This document shows positions 1 through 13,598 of a stretch of DNA of 64,000 bases, one piece after another (the first letter of the stretch is position 1; each line of letters starts with the position of its first letter). Under the pieces are notes generated by a model that saw nothing but the letters and a program-made list of their open reading frames with translations, was not told the DNA's origin and made no database searches. The translations under genes and the position numbers were made by a program. The DNA is from Polymyxa betae A26-41. Lineage: Eukaryota > Protista > Endomyxa: Phytomyxea. The stretch lies in the NCBI GenBank assembly GCA_003693705.1, contig RBZT01000339.1, forward strand, positions 1 to 64,000, in the 5' to 3' direction.

Positions 1-203
1 TGATTCGATCTTAGAGCTGATTGTGACCTCGGAGCGCCTTCCTCATCTGAGCCTTGATCAACGCTTCTGATATGGGTGCCTTCATCCACCGAGTCGGTCA
101 TGTCGCTTGTAATGTGATCATATTCATCTTCCTGTTCCCTGCGAGAGCGACGCCGACCGAAGCAGCGACTGAAAAAGTTCCGTTGAGCAGCAAAAAATTT
201 CAT
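1..203 (-). CDS. Small protein with CFGR N-terminus, 5' part only (runs off the window); probable paralog of 18045-18359
   Basis: Manual translation from ATG at 203, open to the window edge and absent from the ORF track: MKFFAAQRNFFSRCFGRRRSRREQEDEYDHITSDMTDSVDEGTHIRSVDQGSDEEGAPRSQSALRSN. Confidence 0.55.
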   Translation of the reverse strand, partial: MKFFAAQRNFFSRCFGRRRSRREQEDEYDHITSDMTDSVDEGTHIRSVDQGSDEEGAPRSQSALRSN

Positions 204-1373
204 TGTATTCTGAATCGAATCGGATGATGTGGATGGCTATCTCGACGAAGAATCGGCTTAGATCGAGCAGGGACCTGCGTCAGGATAGACATTTAGTCTG
301 AGACAGGACGATAGAAACGTGCCAAAGTGTGGCTGATTACCATTCAGTTGCTGCAAGTCGGTTACAAAACCAACTCTAACCTGATGGCCACACTGCAAAT
401 TGCTAAATGAAGCAGAACCAGTGCAGAGTGTTTCCTAGAGGCCGCTCTCAATCGGACCGAACCGATCCTACCACATGTATTCAGCGACTGGTCGGCCATA
501 TGCAGGCGGTCACAGGCCGACGAATGGCTACTGATGGGAAGGGAGGAACCTTCCATTCATGATTGAGGGCACCGCCATCACAATATCGAGGTGATCACCA
601 TCAATGGTCAAATCCTTCGACATTTGGCTTAGCCTAGAAAACTGAAGCAGCCAACGTTATCGGGCTCGCCCATCACGGGTAAAGCTGATCACATTGCTAA
701 GTGAACAGTTAAGCCTGCCTCGATCTCTTTCTGTTTCATGGCATCGTCATTAGATTCTTTTTCCGAACGCAGAATAGATCCATTGTTTGCTCGTATTTCA
801 GGAGATGGGTGTGACGACAGCGCCGAGTAAGCATTCGTCACTCGGTGCTTCGAAACCAACCAAAAGTATCGCATTGTTGTCGGTCTGAGGGGGAGCGCCC
901 GATCGTCTAGACGCCGAAGCTGCCATTGACGGGACCACTCATGTACAAACGGCAGAACGCCATCAGTCAAGGATATAGTAGCATCCTTCTCAATCTGATG
1001 CAGCTATTACTTGAATCAAGGCAGCTTTTTGCATTCTCCAGACGTGAGACCGCAAGCAGGGCGAAATTTGGTAATTTTTACAGCTGAATCACGAGCCGTC
1101 GCTTAAACAGAATCCGATGTGAATGAAGATGGGATTTTTGTGATCGATTCTCCCAACACATCATATGTAGCGGTTTCCACATTGTTTGCAGATGGGTTAT
1201 TGGTACATGAAGCATATGTGCTGTATCAGCTCATGGCAGTATTTTATTATGAATAAACTTTTCACTTTTTTTATCAATGGAAAGCATGAGTGAGACCTCG
1301 ACCTTGTGCACAAATGCTATGTAGCAATGGAACGGACCAGAAGCAAACCAAAGAAGATGATGATGATGTTTAT

Positions 1374-1664
1374 TCAAGCCCCAGTGTACTCCCCAAGGGA
1401 CTTTTTCTTATCAATTCGCATATCTATATGTATATCGGAAAGGACCCGAGTCACGTCTGCTTTAAGAACTTGCTCATGGCATTTTTTGATAATCATCATA
1501 ACGTCATCGTATTCGCCAGCGAGATTCGTGCCACTAGCATGCTGGTGGCATTCGACTTTCCCGCGCCCTTCACTTTTCAATACTTGCTGGCAGATGTCAG
1601 TGTATTTGCGGATTGAGACGCCACTCCCGATAGGGGACAGACGGAAATCGGCGACAATATGCAT
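1374..1664 (-). CDS. Thiamine-binding protein family (MTH1187/YkoF/Ecm15-like), intronless
   Basis: 96 aa ORF with family-typical motifs ADFRLSPIGSGVSIRKY, HASGTNLAGEYDDVM and RVLSDIHIDMRIDK. Confidence 0.85.
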   Translation of the reverse strand: MHIVADFRLSPIGSGVSIRKYTDICQQVLKSEGRGKVECHQHASGTNLAGEYDDVMMIIKKCHEQVLKADVTRVLSDIHIDMRIDKKKSLGEYTGA

Positions 1665-1965
1665 ACTCTGTGCAGAGAGTTAACGCCAATATAGGGTTTG
1701 ATGGTTCAACGGCGTTTAACAAAATGAATGTACAGATAGGAAGCAAGCCCCTTCCCAGATAATTAGAGAAATACTCGGAAGTTGATTTGTTCATCGGACT
1801 GAGTGGACCTGCCGTCATGCCGGCTGCAGGTGCGCGAATCATCCATTTATGTAACGTTAACTTGGTTGATGCCTAAAGGGGACACGGCGTGCGGCCTCTA
1901 AAGTCATCCATTCAAGACATTTAAATACGTTCTTGTCTGGCTTGTCATAAAGCCATATAACGGTG

Positions 1966-4900
1966 ATGGGAACATGGCAGCCGATTCGTCGCCCTGGCAA
2001 AGGTCGATTCGCTGAACTGATGTCATATTGTCGTCTTAACTAAGTCATCAGCAATCTATGCTTTTGAAGCTGATGGCGAGAACCAAGTTTCATTAGAGGC
2101 AGGGCTTCCTGTCTATGCTGAATTTGAACTCGGCGGATGGTATCGAGGTTTCGTTCAACAAGATGATAAAACGATCCCTGGTATGTTCCCTGTTTCCTAT
2201 GTTGCCTTAGCGGAAGGCTTCCCGAACAGATCTCCTCCCCGGGAGCGTTCAAGCTCTTTAGAAGTGCTTTCTGATCCACCACATATCGAAGCTGTCATTG
2301 TTAAAGACAGCAGAAGAAAGCTCTCAAGAGACTGGGCCAATGGAAAGCAGTCTGATGGCTTTTCTGATTGCCTCGTATGGAGTCTCACTGTTGCGAAACT
2401 TGAGCTAAAACAGATCGTGTACATAGAAGGAACCAGCATCTACCTCACCTGCTTCGAATGAAAGGCACGAAGTTGACGAACGCGTAAGCTATATAGGGGA
2501 GACCGTTTGTAAACAGAACGACCCGAATCCAGCACTCGACGATGGCTTTTCTGAGAGAGAGATGTCGCGCAGCCGATCAGAAACATCTACCCTAGTTGAC
2601 GAGATATCAATGGTTTGCGGATGTATCATTACGATTCGCTTTTTGAGGATAGTAGGCAATTCCCGGTTTTGAGAAGCAATTGAAGACCATGTTAGTCGAT
2701 GGAAATGTCAAAGGCTACGATGATATGAAACAGAAAATTGCCCAGTTACTGTCGATGCGTCGCCTCATAATGGATGCCGATGTCGATGATTCTGTTAGAG
2801 AAAATACTCGTAAGAAACATTTGGATCTCGAACTTCTGTACGAATCAACTTAGGCAATGAAATTATCGGCATTCTTGAAAGTTGCCGACGAACTACTCAG
2901 GGTCATATCTGCCCCCGAACACAGACAAACCATTCGGTTGCAAACGTTTCGAATACCCCAATTCGACAGCTGATTAAGCTCCACCAAGATATGTATTCAA
3001 TTGTTCAGCAGGAATCGTCATTCCTTTGGCATCAGAAAACAGTTTCGCGCCAGGTGCGGATGCTGGGTGAAGCCTCAAAATCTAGAAGCGCTTCCAGTAT
3101 TGATGCCAGAGAAATTGATTTCGACGGCAAGCTGCCCAAGACTTTGATGTCCCTTCGACTTGATGTTAAAGCCTGCATATTCTCTGTTGGAGAACCTACT
3201 CATGTGCATTTCTCTCTGTTCTCTGTTCAAAGACAGCAAGTTATCTCGTACGCGCTTCAATATACACTTTACGATTGCTTCTCAACTTACCTTTTTAGGG
3301 AGGAATATCTAGTAGCGCTTACAGCGGCTGGGATGCCCGAAGACATCAATCTATTGGGTAATTTTTATACAATAGAGTTGCAAGTAACCAACGCTAAATC
3401 CAAATAGGCAAGCTGCACGCTGAGTTCCGAGAGATCGAGAGCTCTATGCTTAAAGAAGGATTGTTCCTTGTTTGCCATATTTATCGGATCGGGCAACTTA
3501 AAGTCTCTCCGAAAACCACCCAGAAACGGCAGAAGCTCCCTCAGACGTATCGACGCCCTTTCGGATGTGCCATCATGAATATCAGCGGCTACAGCCCGCT
3601 TTTTGAACATATTGGGCAATGGACTTCGCCGCCGCATTTAACCATCTATCGAGCCAAAGACCCTCTGCAGTTCACTGATTTACACAATCTAATTATCCGA
3701 GGGGGATCCTCTATCGAAGCTGTACCTCAAACGAAAGGATTTGCTGTTGGACTTCTGCTCGATGAGATGAACGCTGTAGCTGTACGTTTCTTGATTTGCT
3801 TTCTGAGTAATCGGTCATCAATGCCTAGGATCCCAGCACGTGCGTCCAGATGTTACAGCTCTCGTCATTCATCAATCCTGCCGACGATCGCAATGATTTT
3901 TATGTGACATTACGGGGTGGCGATTTCCTTCAGGACAAGAAGAAGAGTTCGAAGAATATTGAAATTCGCATCCGCGTCTTCACTGCTGCTGGATTTCCTG
4001 TCCCAGATTGCATCTACCGCGGTGCTGGCCCTACCGCAATCCCAGTCACTGAATATTGCAGCACCGTGTATTACCATTGGAACAATCCGGTCTACAACGA
4101 ATCCGTCAAGTTGCGGATTTCGAAGCAGATCTTTACCCAATGCCATCTTCTCTTCACCATCTGGCATGTCTCATCAAATCCTGAGAAGAACCAGCTCTGC
4201 TCGTTCACCTTTCTTCCGTTGACGTGCTCCAGCGGCGCTGTCATAGCTGATGGCCTCCATGTTCTACCATGCTATAAGCCTCTAAAAAATCTTGGGCAGC
4301 AGAACGCCACATTACGATATCTGGATGCCATCACCCACTTCAGAGACGGCTCCAAGCAGAACTCGCAATCAGTATTGGTCAAGCGAAAGGAGGAGATATT
4401 CGTGGAAACTCTTCTGAGTTCTGTGAAAACCACTCAATTAGACACCTTACATGCTCTTTTCAATTGGAAGCAGTTGGACCTAACTCATCTAAAATCAGCT
4501 GTTGCTAAGTTTACAACAATTTCAGGTAGGTAATCTTTCTGTTATATCATTTGCTTTTTTGTTAAAGGTTTTCAAAGGGACAGAATTATCAAAATTCGTC
4601 AAGGAGGTTTTTGATACTCTCTTCTCTATTATGCAAATCCATCCGAACCAGAACGAGGAAATATCGAATTTAACTTTTATCGGGGTTCTGCACTCTATCG
4701 ATCAATTAACCACAAAGATGTGCAGTGTCACCGGCTCTATCGACGCCTATATTGCCGATGTTTATGCTTTCCCTGATGTTTACACACCGCTAATCTCACA
4801 TTCTCGTGCTGCTTTTCTCTACGCTATACAGCATACAACGTCACCGAATCCATCCATGTTCAAGCAGCTGACGCTTCTCTCGAAATGTTTCCAATACGTC

Positions 4901-7900
4901 GTCAGGCTCATTGTTCGTTCGGCGAGCTGTTCACAGGTGACAGATTCGGAAACGTTCCGACGGCAATTACAATGTCTCTTGGACGATATGTTTATGTTAT
5001 TAGCAATCCAAGGTGAGACATCATCTATCTTGCATACTCTGCTGTTAATAAGTTTCAGGTGGACCCAAAGATCTACTGATAGGCTGCAAAGCTTTCTTGC
5101 TGCGGTCGTTCAGCTCGGCTTTTAACGAGCTGCCAATGGTGTTTCCACCAGAGCAACTAGGCAACATTTGTATGAGCTTGCTGAATTCCGTTCCTTACCA
5201 TCCCGACAACAGCAAACTGTTTATCTATAAGCTACGAATGGTTGGAAGCATCGCCCAATCGGTTCTGGATAATGAGGTATTATTCACTATCCATACAACG
5301 AACTGCTACCAATTCGGTTCCAGAAATTATGCTGGAAGATGATACAATCGATCGTCATCGAATCCATTCATTTCCATCTCACAAACTGTCCCGATGAATC
5401 ATACTTATCTGTGGGAATTTTATCGAATCTGATTTCAACGATTCAATCCGGTAAAGCCCTGCGTCCCGCTGCTGCTCAGAATCTCAATTTGTTTTAGCTT
5501 CGTTACACAATGCTGCAGAGCTAGCTCCTTTTTATCGACTATTAGAGCCTTTGATTCATGTCCTCTCAGATTGGAGGAAGCGACCGATTACACCCTCACC
5601 GCAAGTACAACAATTGTGTACAGTCGATGTATTACTGGATACGTATTCTTTGTTCTACATTCTAGTTTATTCGATGGGTGCAGACATGCTGACGAAATGG
5701 ACAAAAAACAATCTGTCGTTATGTCACGAACTCATCGCTGTCTGTGAAACAGCTTTAAACAATTCTGTTTATCCTTCAACCTGGGTTGTTCTTCGTTCCT
5801 GGGAACTCACAGTTATCGCTAGAATTCTTATCAACATCGGATCACACTCCGCCACTTTAGACAAATCGATTATCCAAGACCTATTGCACAGTTTCGTTGC
5901 TTTCGATAAGCACAAAGATTTTCAAAATCTTAAGCAGGTAAATGTTTGCATCCATACTTTTCTTGGTTAGTCAGATGCGACAATAGACACAAATCAACTT
6001 CAACGAGATGTCTCCACTTCCAGCTTCGGTGAGGGCATCGGCCAGAGATGTCTGGAAGAATGCATGCGACTATTCAGATTTTGCTGTTTACTTCTTCACT
6101 AATCTCTTTATCTCCATGTTCAATGCGTCTAACGGCACAGAGGATTCTGGTACATAATTATTTTTTCTGTCTTCTCAAACAAATGCTGATCTTAATTTCA
6201 AAGAACTGACTGCTACACAAGAACTTGCGATTGAAATATTCTACAATTTGCTTTTGGAAGAATATTCCCGAACTGGAGAATTCTCAGAAATTAACCGCCT
6301 CACTGTGGAAGCCCTTGATACGTTCGCTCACGAATCTCAGCATCATGCTTCTGTTTTTCTGGAGGTCGGTTTACTGACAAGCTTCGTTCTAGCTTTGCTG
6401 ACCGCCTTCAAAGAGATTGGAGAAAGCGTTAACCGCTCGCATAAGCAACGAACGAGAATCTCTCCAGGCCTCGGTCCAATGCTTTGTGTCTCAGTTAGGA
6501 AACCTTTACGAACTGATGAACAGCCTTCTGAAAATTCCAAAAACCGACCTATTCGAGCACGAGCGAGCCAGTGTAGTTATTCAGTTACTAGAATTCTTAC
6601 TATCAGATTCCAATGTTGGGCGTCGGAAGGGAATGCTCTATCGGTAATTAACTGTTAGTTGCTGCGATAACCATCTTCTCATATGCTGAGCAGCTACTAT
6701 ACATATTTGATGGATTTAAACTGCTCAATTGGAGCATTCGCCGAAGCTGGCAACACAGTTTTGAGGCAGTTAAAGCTTTTGGATTGGTCAGCCCAAAGTA
6801 CATCAATATGGGAATCTGGTGACGCAACAACCTTCAAATCAGAAACAGAAGCAGAAAGAAAAGAATCCTTGTATCTGAAGGCGATCGATTACTTTGATCG
6901 GGCTGAACAGTGGGAGGCAGCAATAATGGTTTGCATACCTGCCGTGTGAAAGGGATCATGTTTGTTTACCTTCCAGCAGGCCTGTGAAGAATTACGAAGC
7001 TACTATCAACGGATAGGCTTTAATTACCAATCTTTGGCATCCATTCTTGAAAATGAAGCTACTTTCTTTCGCAAGATAATTTCTGAATCCCGTTTCTTTC
7101 CATCGTACTTTCGAGTGGTATTCTTCCATCAGAGGTAATGATTCCGTGTTGCCAAATATTTGCATTAAACAACCTTTGTTCAGCGAAAATCGTTTAGAAT
7201 ATGTTTATCGGGGTCTGAAACTGGAGTCGATCATGGACTTCACAGAACGTCTTCGAGCGAAACATCTTAATGCCCGTATCGTCATGAGCAGTGAAGATCC
7301 GAATCCAGATATTCTGTCCGCAAATGAACTTGTCATAACAGTTACTGCTGTCACCGTTTCAAGCTTCCAAGAATTGCAACAAAACGATAAATCTGAGGCT
7401 GAAGTTGTGCTTAAATTCCTGTGCTAACTGGAATCTGAATTTCCCTTAGAGCATTCCCAGAGAGATCCGTTTTGGCCAGTTACACCAGAATGCATCATGG
7501 TTTATGTTTTGCCGGGCAGAGAATCGATCTGCTGAGGTAACTCAAGACGTTTACTGCTAGTGTTTCATTGATTTGCTGAAGGCTCAACCATCTAATGAAT
7601 TCAAGGACCTATGGGTTAAGAAAACCTTCATTCGAACCGAAGAATCTTTTCCAAATCTCCAGAGGCGATTGTTAGTTGTGGACAGCGTTCAACGAAACAT
7701 AGATCCAATCGATACAGTAGGTGCATTTTTCAGATGATAACGCGATGCTCAAATCCAGGTTAGGCCTGTGAAACTATACAAAGGAAGAACGAAGAACTGA
7801 ATGCTACAATAACTGGTTTGCAACGGAATCTCAGCTCATCTCCAGACATTGGACCGCTAACAATGCAGCTAAATGGAATCATTGATGCTGCTGTCAATGG

Positions 7901-8120
7901 CGGAGCCAAGAAATATATCGAAGCTTTTCTAAGTTCCGCTTTAGAAGGAAAAGAGGATTCACAGAATCGACTAAAGCAGGCAATGAGGACTCAAATCCAG
8001 TTATTGCATTGTGGACTTGACATTTTCAAAGAGAAGAAAAATCCAGATTTAGACCCCTTATATAACCGCCTGAAAGAACTTCTCAAAAAAATGGCTGAAT
8101 CGTCCAAGGCCTTGGTTTAA
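1966..8120 (+). CDS. DOCK-family Rho GEF (SH3 + DHR-1/C2 + DHR-2), multi-exon
   Basis: SH3 (AIYAFEADGENQVSL...GWYRG...GMFPVSYV); DHR-1 (RNDFYVTL...KNIEI...STVYYHWNNPVYNE); DHR-2 (AIDYFDRAEQWEAAI, EYVYRG, LTMQLNGIIDAAVNGGAKKYIEAF). Confidence 0.93.
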
Positions 8121-8129
8121 TAATGGTTT

Positions 8130-9300
8130 TCACCGTCGGGGTGAGACAAGAGAAGACTTTGATATACTCAAGCACAACTCGGAAGACAAAAATCCAATGT
8201 AATCCGATTTCGTGGCAACTGGCGGCCCATTCTCTCTGTAACGTGGACCAGGACTCTGCATACTAAGGTGAATATTGATTATGCATCGCGTTGCTTGACG
8301 AAAAATAAAAAAGTACTTATTATGAAAGCTTGACAAAAATGAATGGCTCTTGTAAAAACGAGATCAGCGGGCTCCAGCCGGATCTCGAGCTCTGCGAATC
8401 GAATTCAAGCATATGGCAATATCCAAGCTTGATCGGCAGCAGCTGACAGCCTCGCAAAAGCAGATTTCCATGATGATTCCAGTTGCGTCGTCTCAGCAAA
8501 CGCTTGCGCTGCTACTCCAAGCTGAGACGAAATCAGGCATAACCAAGCTAGTTCCTACGAAACCCATCAAAAGGTCAGCTACATCGCCAATCGTAACATA
8601 CCGTTCATGGCTAGCGCGTTCAATAGCCAACATGGGATTGCCTATCGACGAATGCAGGTTGACCTCGTCGGGTCTACTCTTTCGCGAATGAACTCCGCCT
8701 TATACTGAGGAGCAATCGTAATCATTCCTTGGTCACGTTCGGAAAGCATGCGATCGACCGGCAAGACTCATTAATTCATTCAGCACATTTCCCGACAGCA
8801 AGATCATTGATCATACGGTCCACACATTGTCTTTCGAACGTATACCGCCGTTTTCTCGCTTCTTCGTTGTCCATGGTGAAAATAGCACGCCGCCGGGACA
8901 TCCATACCAGCAGTTCTTGGCCAGTCAGAGCTTCAAAACCGCATTGTTCTACGTCTTTCAGGCGCTGCACAATAACGTTGGCGACTCCCTGATCGGCGTC
9001 GAAATGCTCCTTCTCGGACAATAGATAGTATCTGCTAACAGTCAGCAGTGAGTCGCGGCTTTGACGGAGGGACTGTCCACAGGCTTGGTGCCTTACGCCG
9101 GGTGCTCCCAGAAACAGCGGGCATCCAGTTCGCAACGTTCTTGCGTTTCCTAGCCCGAGCTATTCGCGTTTTGATCAGGAGCTGCGATACAATCTCGTCA
9201 ATGCGACCGCAACGGGCCAGCGAACGAGCAATTTCCCAGCAATCGGGTTCAAGGGAACCGGCATCAGTCGGACAGCTATCTGATTCGAAAAATCATCGGA
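8130..9300 (-). CDS. Hypothetical multi-exon protein; boundaries uncertain
   Basis: Open minus-strand frames joined by plausible short GT-AG introns (e.g. ...ELDARCFWEHPA|YYLLSEKEHFDADQGVANVIVQRLKD...); no family recognised. Confidence 0.4.
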
Positions 9301-9558
9301 TTTCGTGCAATAAGCACAATTGGCACGTGCATTGCCATAAGACCCTTTGCAGCCAGAAAGAATACGGTCGGAGCTTGTTGTGGATCGACCGAAACGACAT
9401 CGGGTTTGATCTGAACGAAACCCTGTAGGTAGTTAGAAAGATTTATAAGAATCCATGACTTGGAGGTTTTGTAGCTGGAAAAGCGCTTTATATATTATTC
9501 AGTATCAACAGGATAGATTCATGCACAGCATGCAGAGTAGCAGCTGCTGAGAGTTGTT

Positions 9559-11886
9559 CTAAAGAAAATTCATTCTAACAAGAACATCGCGAAGCTCTAT
9601 GAAGATACCTTCACGTTGCTGCAGCCTTGTGTCAACTTCTGGCAGAATCTGGCTCTGCAAGCAACCCAATACGATGTCGCCATCTTCAAGACCAGCATCA
9701 TTTTCCACCGAATTGGTATTCGGTGCTCCAGATTTTGGCGGTTGGGTTTTCACTGCTAACGTAAAACATTATTAACTTGCGTTTCCAGAAGTGAAGTGAG
9801 TTATTACCTTCTTCTAACACTCGCTTCTTGATATCTCTGACAAGACTCGATGCACTTATATGCAGAATCGTATCGATTCCCTTCAATTGTTGCTCCAACT
9901 TCCCGCGAGCAGCAAACTGCTTCTGTCGTAGCCCAGTTTGAACCGCTTCACGCCTTGTTCTTTCAGCAGATGCTCTGTCGACAAGCGACTGGAGCTTAGT
10001 AAGTTCTTCATGCGCTATAACATCGTTTCGCAGCAACGCTGACGACTTTGAAATCGTGGATCCTACGACGTAGTCTACCATGTAGTTGAGGGATTCCTCG
10101 AGAGTCATTTGAACCATGTCCGGTTCAACCTGGCAACTAGATAAGCAGAATTCAAGGAATAGACCGTCAGTTGTTACCATAGGGGACATAAGTTCATCAA
10201 TTAGACTGATAGAATCGCGAAGACCTCGCTCCATCTCTGACTGTACAGCTCGCCCTCTCAATAGTCTCTGCAAAAGAATGCAGGCAGCTTCAGTAGCTGC
10301 TATCTTCTCCATATCAGCATTCTTCGTAATTGGCGTTGGTGGCCGAACGATACAGCCCGGCTTAGCATATAGCTCGGTGCTCGATGAAACCGGCTCGTTC
10401 TGTACTGCCGTGCTGGACTGAATGATGTCGTTGATCTTCTCGATATCATTAATCACGCCCTGACCCTTGCGCGTTTTCATCAAATTTGTGACAACCTAAA
10501 CGACGACTAAATCTAACGAATAGCGTCCAGGCACCTAGAAGAAACCTTTGCTGGTTTATGGACGTTGAATGTGAGACATTTGGCAGGAATAGAGGTCTCC
10601 AATGTGACAAGCGATTGATAGGTCTTTCCCATCGATCCAATCTGTTTCTGAACAATCTCGTTGATCGGCAATACAGGCACCTTTCCTTCGCGATCCAGAG
10701 GAGCGTAAATCTTCGATCCATGATTGCCATATTCTTCGATGATATCTCGGCCTGGGGGCGTCGTTATCTCATGCTTGATGCTCATTCGCTTCCTGATCAG
10801 AATGAAACATTGCAAATGCACAATGTGGTAATCCCTACATATTGATTTTCCGCATTGCATTGTAACGCCGGCGTTGGATTTTGTCGAGGACCGTTGCTCT
10901 GTTCAATTCATTTTCAGCTCGGATCTTGTCCATTCGTTCCGTTATTTGTTTTTGGAACTGCGCCTCCCTTTCTTCGATTGCCGTCATTATGGCGGCTAAT
11001 CTTTTCTTCTCTAGTTCAATGACATCATTCTCTTTATATTTGTAGTCCTGATAACGACTGTCAATAAAGATTAAGAATTGCCAAGCAGGCCACCTGAAAC
11101 TCCCTCTCCTGAAGCAATTTCATTCTATGGCGAAAATCGGCTTCGGTTTTTGCCGGAGGAATACCAGCTTGGAAAGCCCGACGTGCCTGTTCCCTTTCTA
11201 TTTGTTCAATCTCATGAAGTGAAATTCGTGTCAGATCAGCAGGGAGCCAATCTTTCAAATGAAAAAGTTCGGGAGGATTGTCCTTATCAGCATAAACGTA
11301 ATCGGGAGCATACGGCGCCGTTTGGCTGCTTTCTTCTCGGTAAACCGATTGCGTCGCAATTGTCCTGGTCTTGAGTTCTGCCGGTGCTTCCTCAGTGGCA
11401 TTGTAAAGATGGGGAGACAAAACTAGGCCTGTTGTGGCAGATTGCATAAAAGGAATTAGAGGCCTATTGAAGAACATATAACGTTCTTTCCCTGTTTATA
11501 GAAAAAATCAAATAAAGCTGATCAAGAGAGACAATTTAACCTCCTGCGTTGACGCTATGCAATCCATGGCTAAGATTATTTCTTAAAACCTCACTGAACT
11601 GTATTTGCGGTTGATTGTGCCGAGAGTCGAACCTGTACTGACAAGAAGGGAAAGTGCCGACCTCGGAGAAGAGGTTTTGCCAATTCGGGACCCGATGAAT
11701 AGAATTCGTCTGCGGTTCCAGTTAGCAAATTGTATACCAGCTCGAGCTCAAGCAGACCAGAGATTTCTGCAGCGCCCTCTGGTGATCAACCGCTGACGAA
11801 GCTGTATACACTGGATCGTAGACATGATCGTAAGGGCGACTAGGAGCGACCGTTCGAGCCGGCCTGCTCAGGACTGCATGGACCAT
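9559..11886 (-). CDS. CFAP91: Cilia- and flagella-associated protein 91 (FAP91/MAATS1)
   Basis: RPYDHVYDPVYT N-terminus, TQSVYREESSQTAPYAPDY motif, YGNHGSKIYAPLDREG and IQ-like LQRLLRGRAVQ. Confidence 0.88.
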
Positions 11887-12004
11887 GACGACAATCTCAG
11901 CTCTAGCTAATAGACGTCCATTGAATGAATGGTACTTGAGATCGACTCCAAAGATCTCATCGGGGCCTCCCCTTGAACTGTTGATGGCTACCGCTGTCAT
12001 GAAT

Positions 12005-12095
12005 CATGACAATGCTGGGCCTCTAATCAGTTGAGAATGGCTCACGACAGTGCTGGGCCTCTAATCAGTTGAGAATGGCTCATGACAGTGCTGGG
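12005..12095 (+). repeat. 38-bp tandem repeat, about 2.4 copies plus a degenerate tail
   Basis: catgacaatgctgggcctctaatcagttgagaatggct / cacgacagtgctgggcctctaatcagttgagaatggct / catgacagtgctggg. Confidence 0.9.
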
Positions 12096-12275
12096 TCGCT
12101 CATAGTAGACAGGACATTCGTGATAGTGCTGCTCCTCTTTTATAGCAAAACTGTCATAATCATTGCGATTCACTTCTAACAATCTTCAAAAGTAGCGACT
12201 TTTGACTTTGGTTTCATCGGCTGCATAGACGCAAGGACCGGGATGAAGATGCTTGACATTCGTAAACTTCAGAAA

Positions 12276-13208
12276 CTATGTACAGCTAAGATCACGGAAG
12301 TTATAGCATACAAAATCGGATAGTGCAGGCTCAGGTTGTTTGGCTTCTAATGGCTTTATCGCAAAGCAGGCAAGATGATCCTTATCAGGTTTCAAGAACG
12401 TAAACGTCCATTCATCCATAAGCACATCATCGCAAAGCAACCAGTATTTTGCCAGCATACAGTTTGGGAATGATTCTTCCATATCACAGCCATTATCCAA
12501 TACAACTTCCTGTCGCTGAAATTCTAATAGCTAACAGACATGATTGGAAACATTACTGTCAAATATATTCAGTTACCTGAAGCTCCATATGAAGCCCGAC
12601 CCCGATCGCCTTCAAATCTGCATTACCCAATAATGTAAGCTCAACAACGATATGCATCGCAACAGCTTACAGGCTTCTTTGAGAGCCCAGAGGGTCATAA
12701 ACTGAGCCAGGCGATGACGGCTATTTGGCCATGCATTAACCAACCGAATCTCATTTGGCTTTAAACAGTCGGCCATGGTCTTCAGCCATTGATCGGGATC
12801 GGTTGTCTTAGGAATGTCAACTAAATCACAGCCAACTTGATGCTGTAATGACGCTATTAAAATAACCCAGAATCCATGATGAGCGATGTTAAAGTCGACT
12901 GAAGGTTGTCGTTAACGCATCTGATTAAAACCTAAAAGTTATAACCGACCTGAAGACAGCGGAGCGATTAAGATCGGTCTTTGCAAAGGCGAGCGCCCAA
13001 GCTGCAAGCTATCAGGATTGACATTCAGAATTTGAGAAAGACATTTTCTAATCAGCAGGCGTCCGATCAGAGCGCGCTGCCGATCGCAGGCTTGGAGCAA
13101 TGACGAGATTCGGGTCTGTTCCTCTGGCGTGAGACTGCGAAGAACGCTTTCAGTATCGGCATCGGCCTCGATATCGTGAATGTTCGAGCCAAGCACGACG
13201 ATGGACAT
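12276..13208 (-). CDS. Sfp/Lys5-type 4'-phosphopantetheinyl transferase
   Basis: RALIGRLLIR...GRSPLQRP, FNIAHHGFWV, VGCDLV and WALKEA..KAIGVGL motifs across exons. Confidence 0.88.
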
Positions 13209-13598
13209 AAAGAGGGTTTAATAATGTAACATTACAAAGACGCATTGCAGAAGTGTCATAAGATGATGCTCTGCTTCCAATGCTGGGCCCTCCTTCCTTA
13301 ACCGATCGCTCTGTTGTCTGCAGATTTCAAATTGCTATCAAATCGAAAGAAACGTTTTCAGCTCGGTATGGTGAGCAAAAAAATAAACTTCAACTCAACA
13401 AGAAAAAAATCATCAAAACCATTTTTAAACTCAACTGCCTTAAATGAAAAGTGAAACTCAAAACAGAGACTGGAATGAACAGGGATCCATTGAGAGATTG
13501 GCTCACTGACTGTTTGTGCTATTGTAAAGAACCATCGTAAACCAAGACATCGCAATTCAGATTTATTGGCGAAGACCGTTACTAGAATTGATTCCAGA

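Noticed and set aside
12005-12135. CRISPR-like look of the 38-bp repeat
   Set aside because: Units are contiguous with no unique spacers, there are no cas genes, and the context is eukaryotic.
13219-13334. Possible extra SNF5 exon ending 10 bp before the PPTase start, suggesting a polycistronic pair
   Set aside because: The preceding exon already ends in an in-frame TAG at 13599-13601, so no extra exon is needed.
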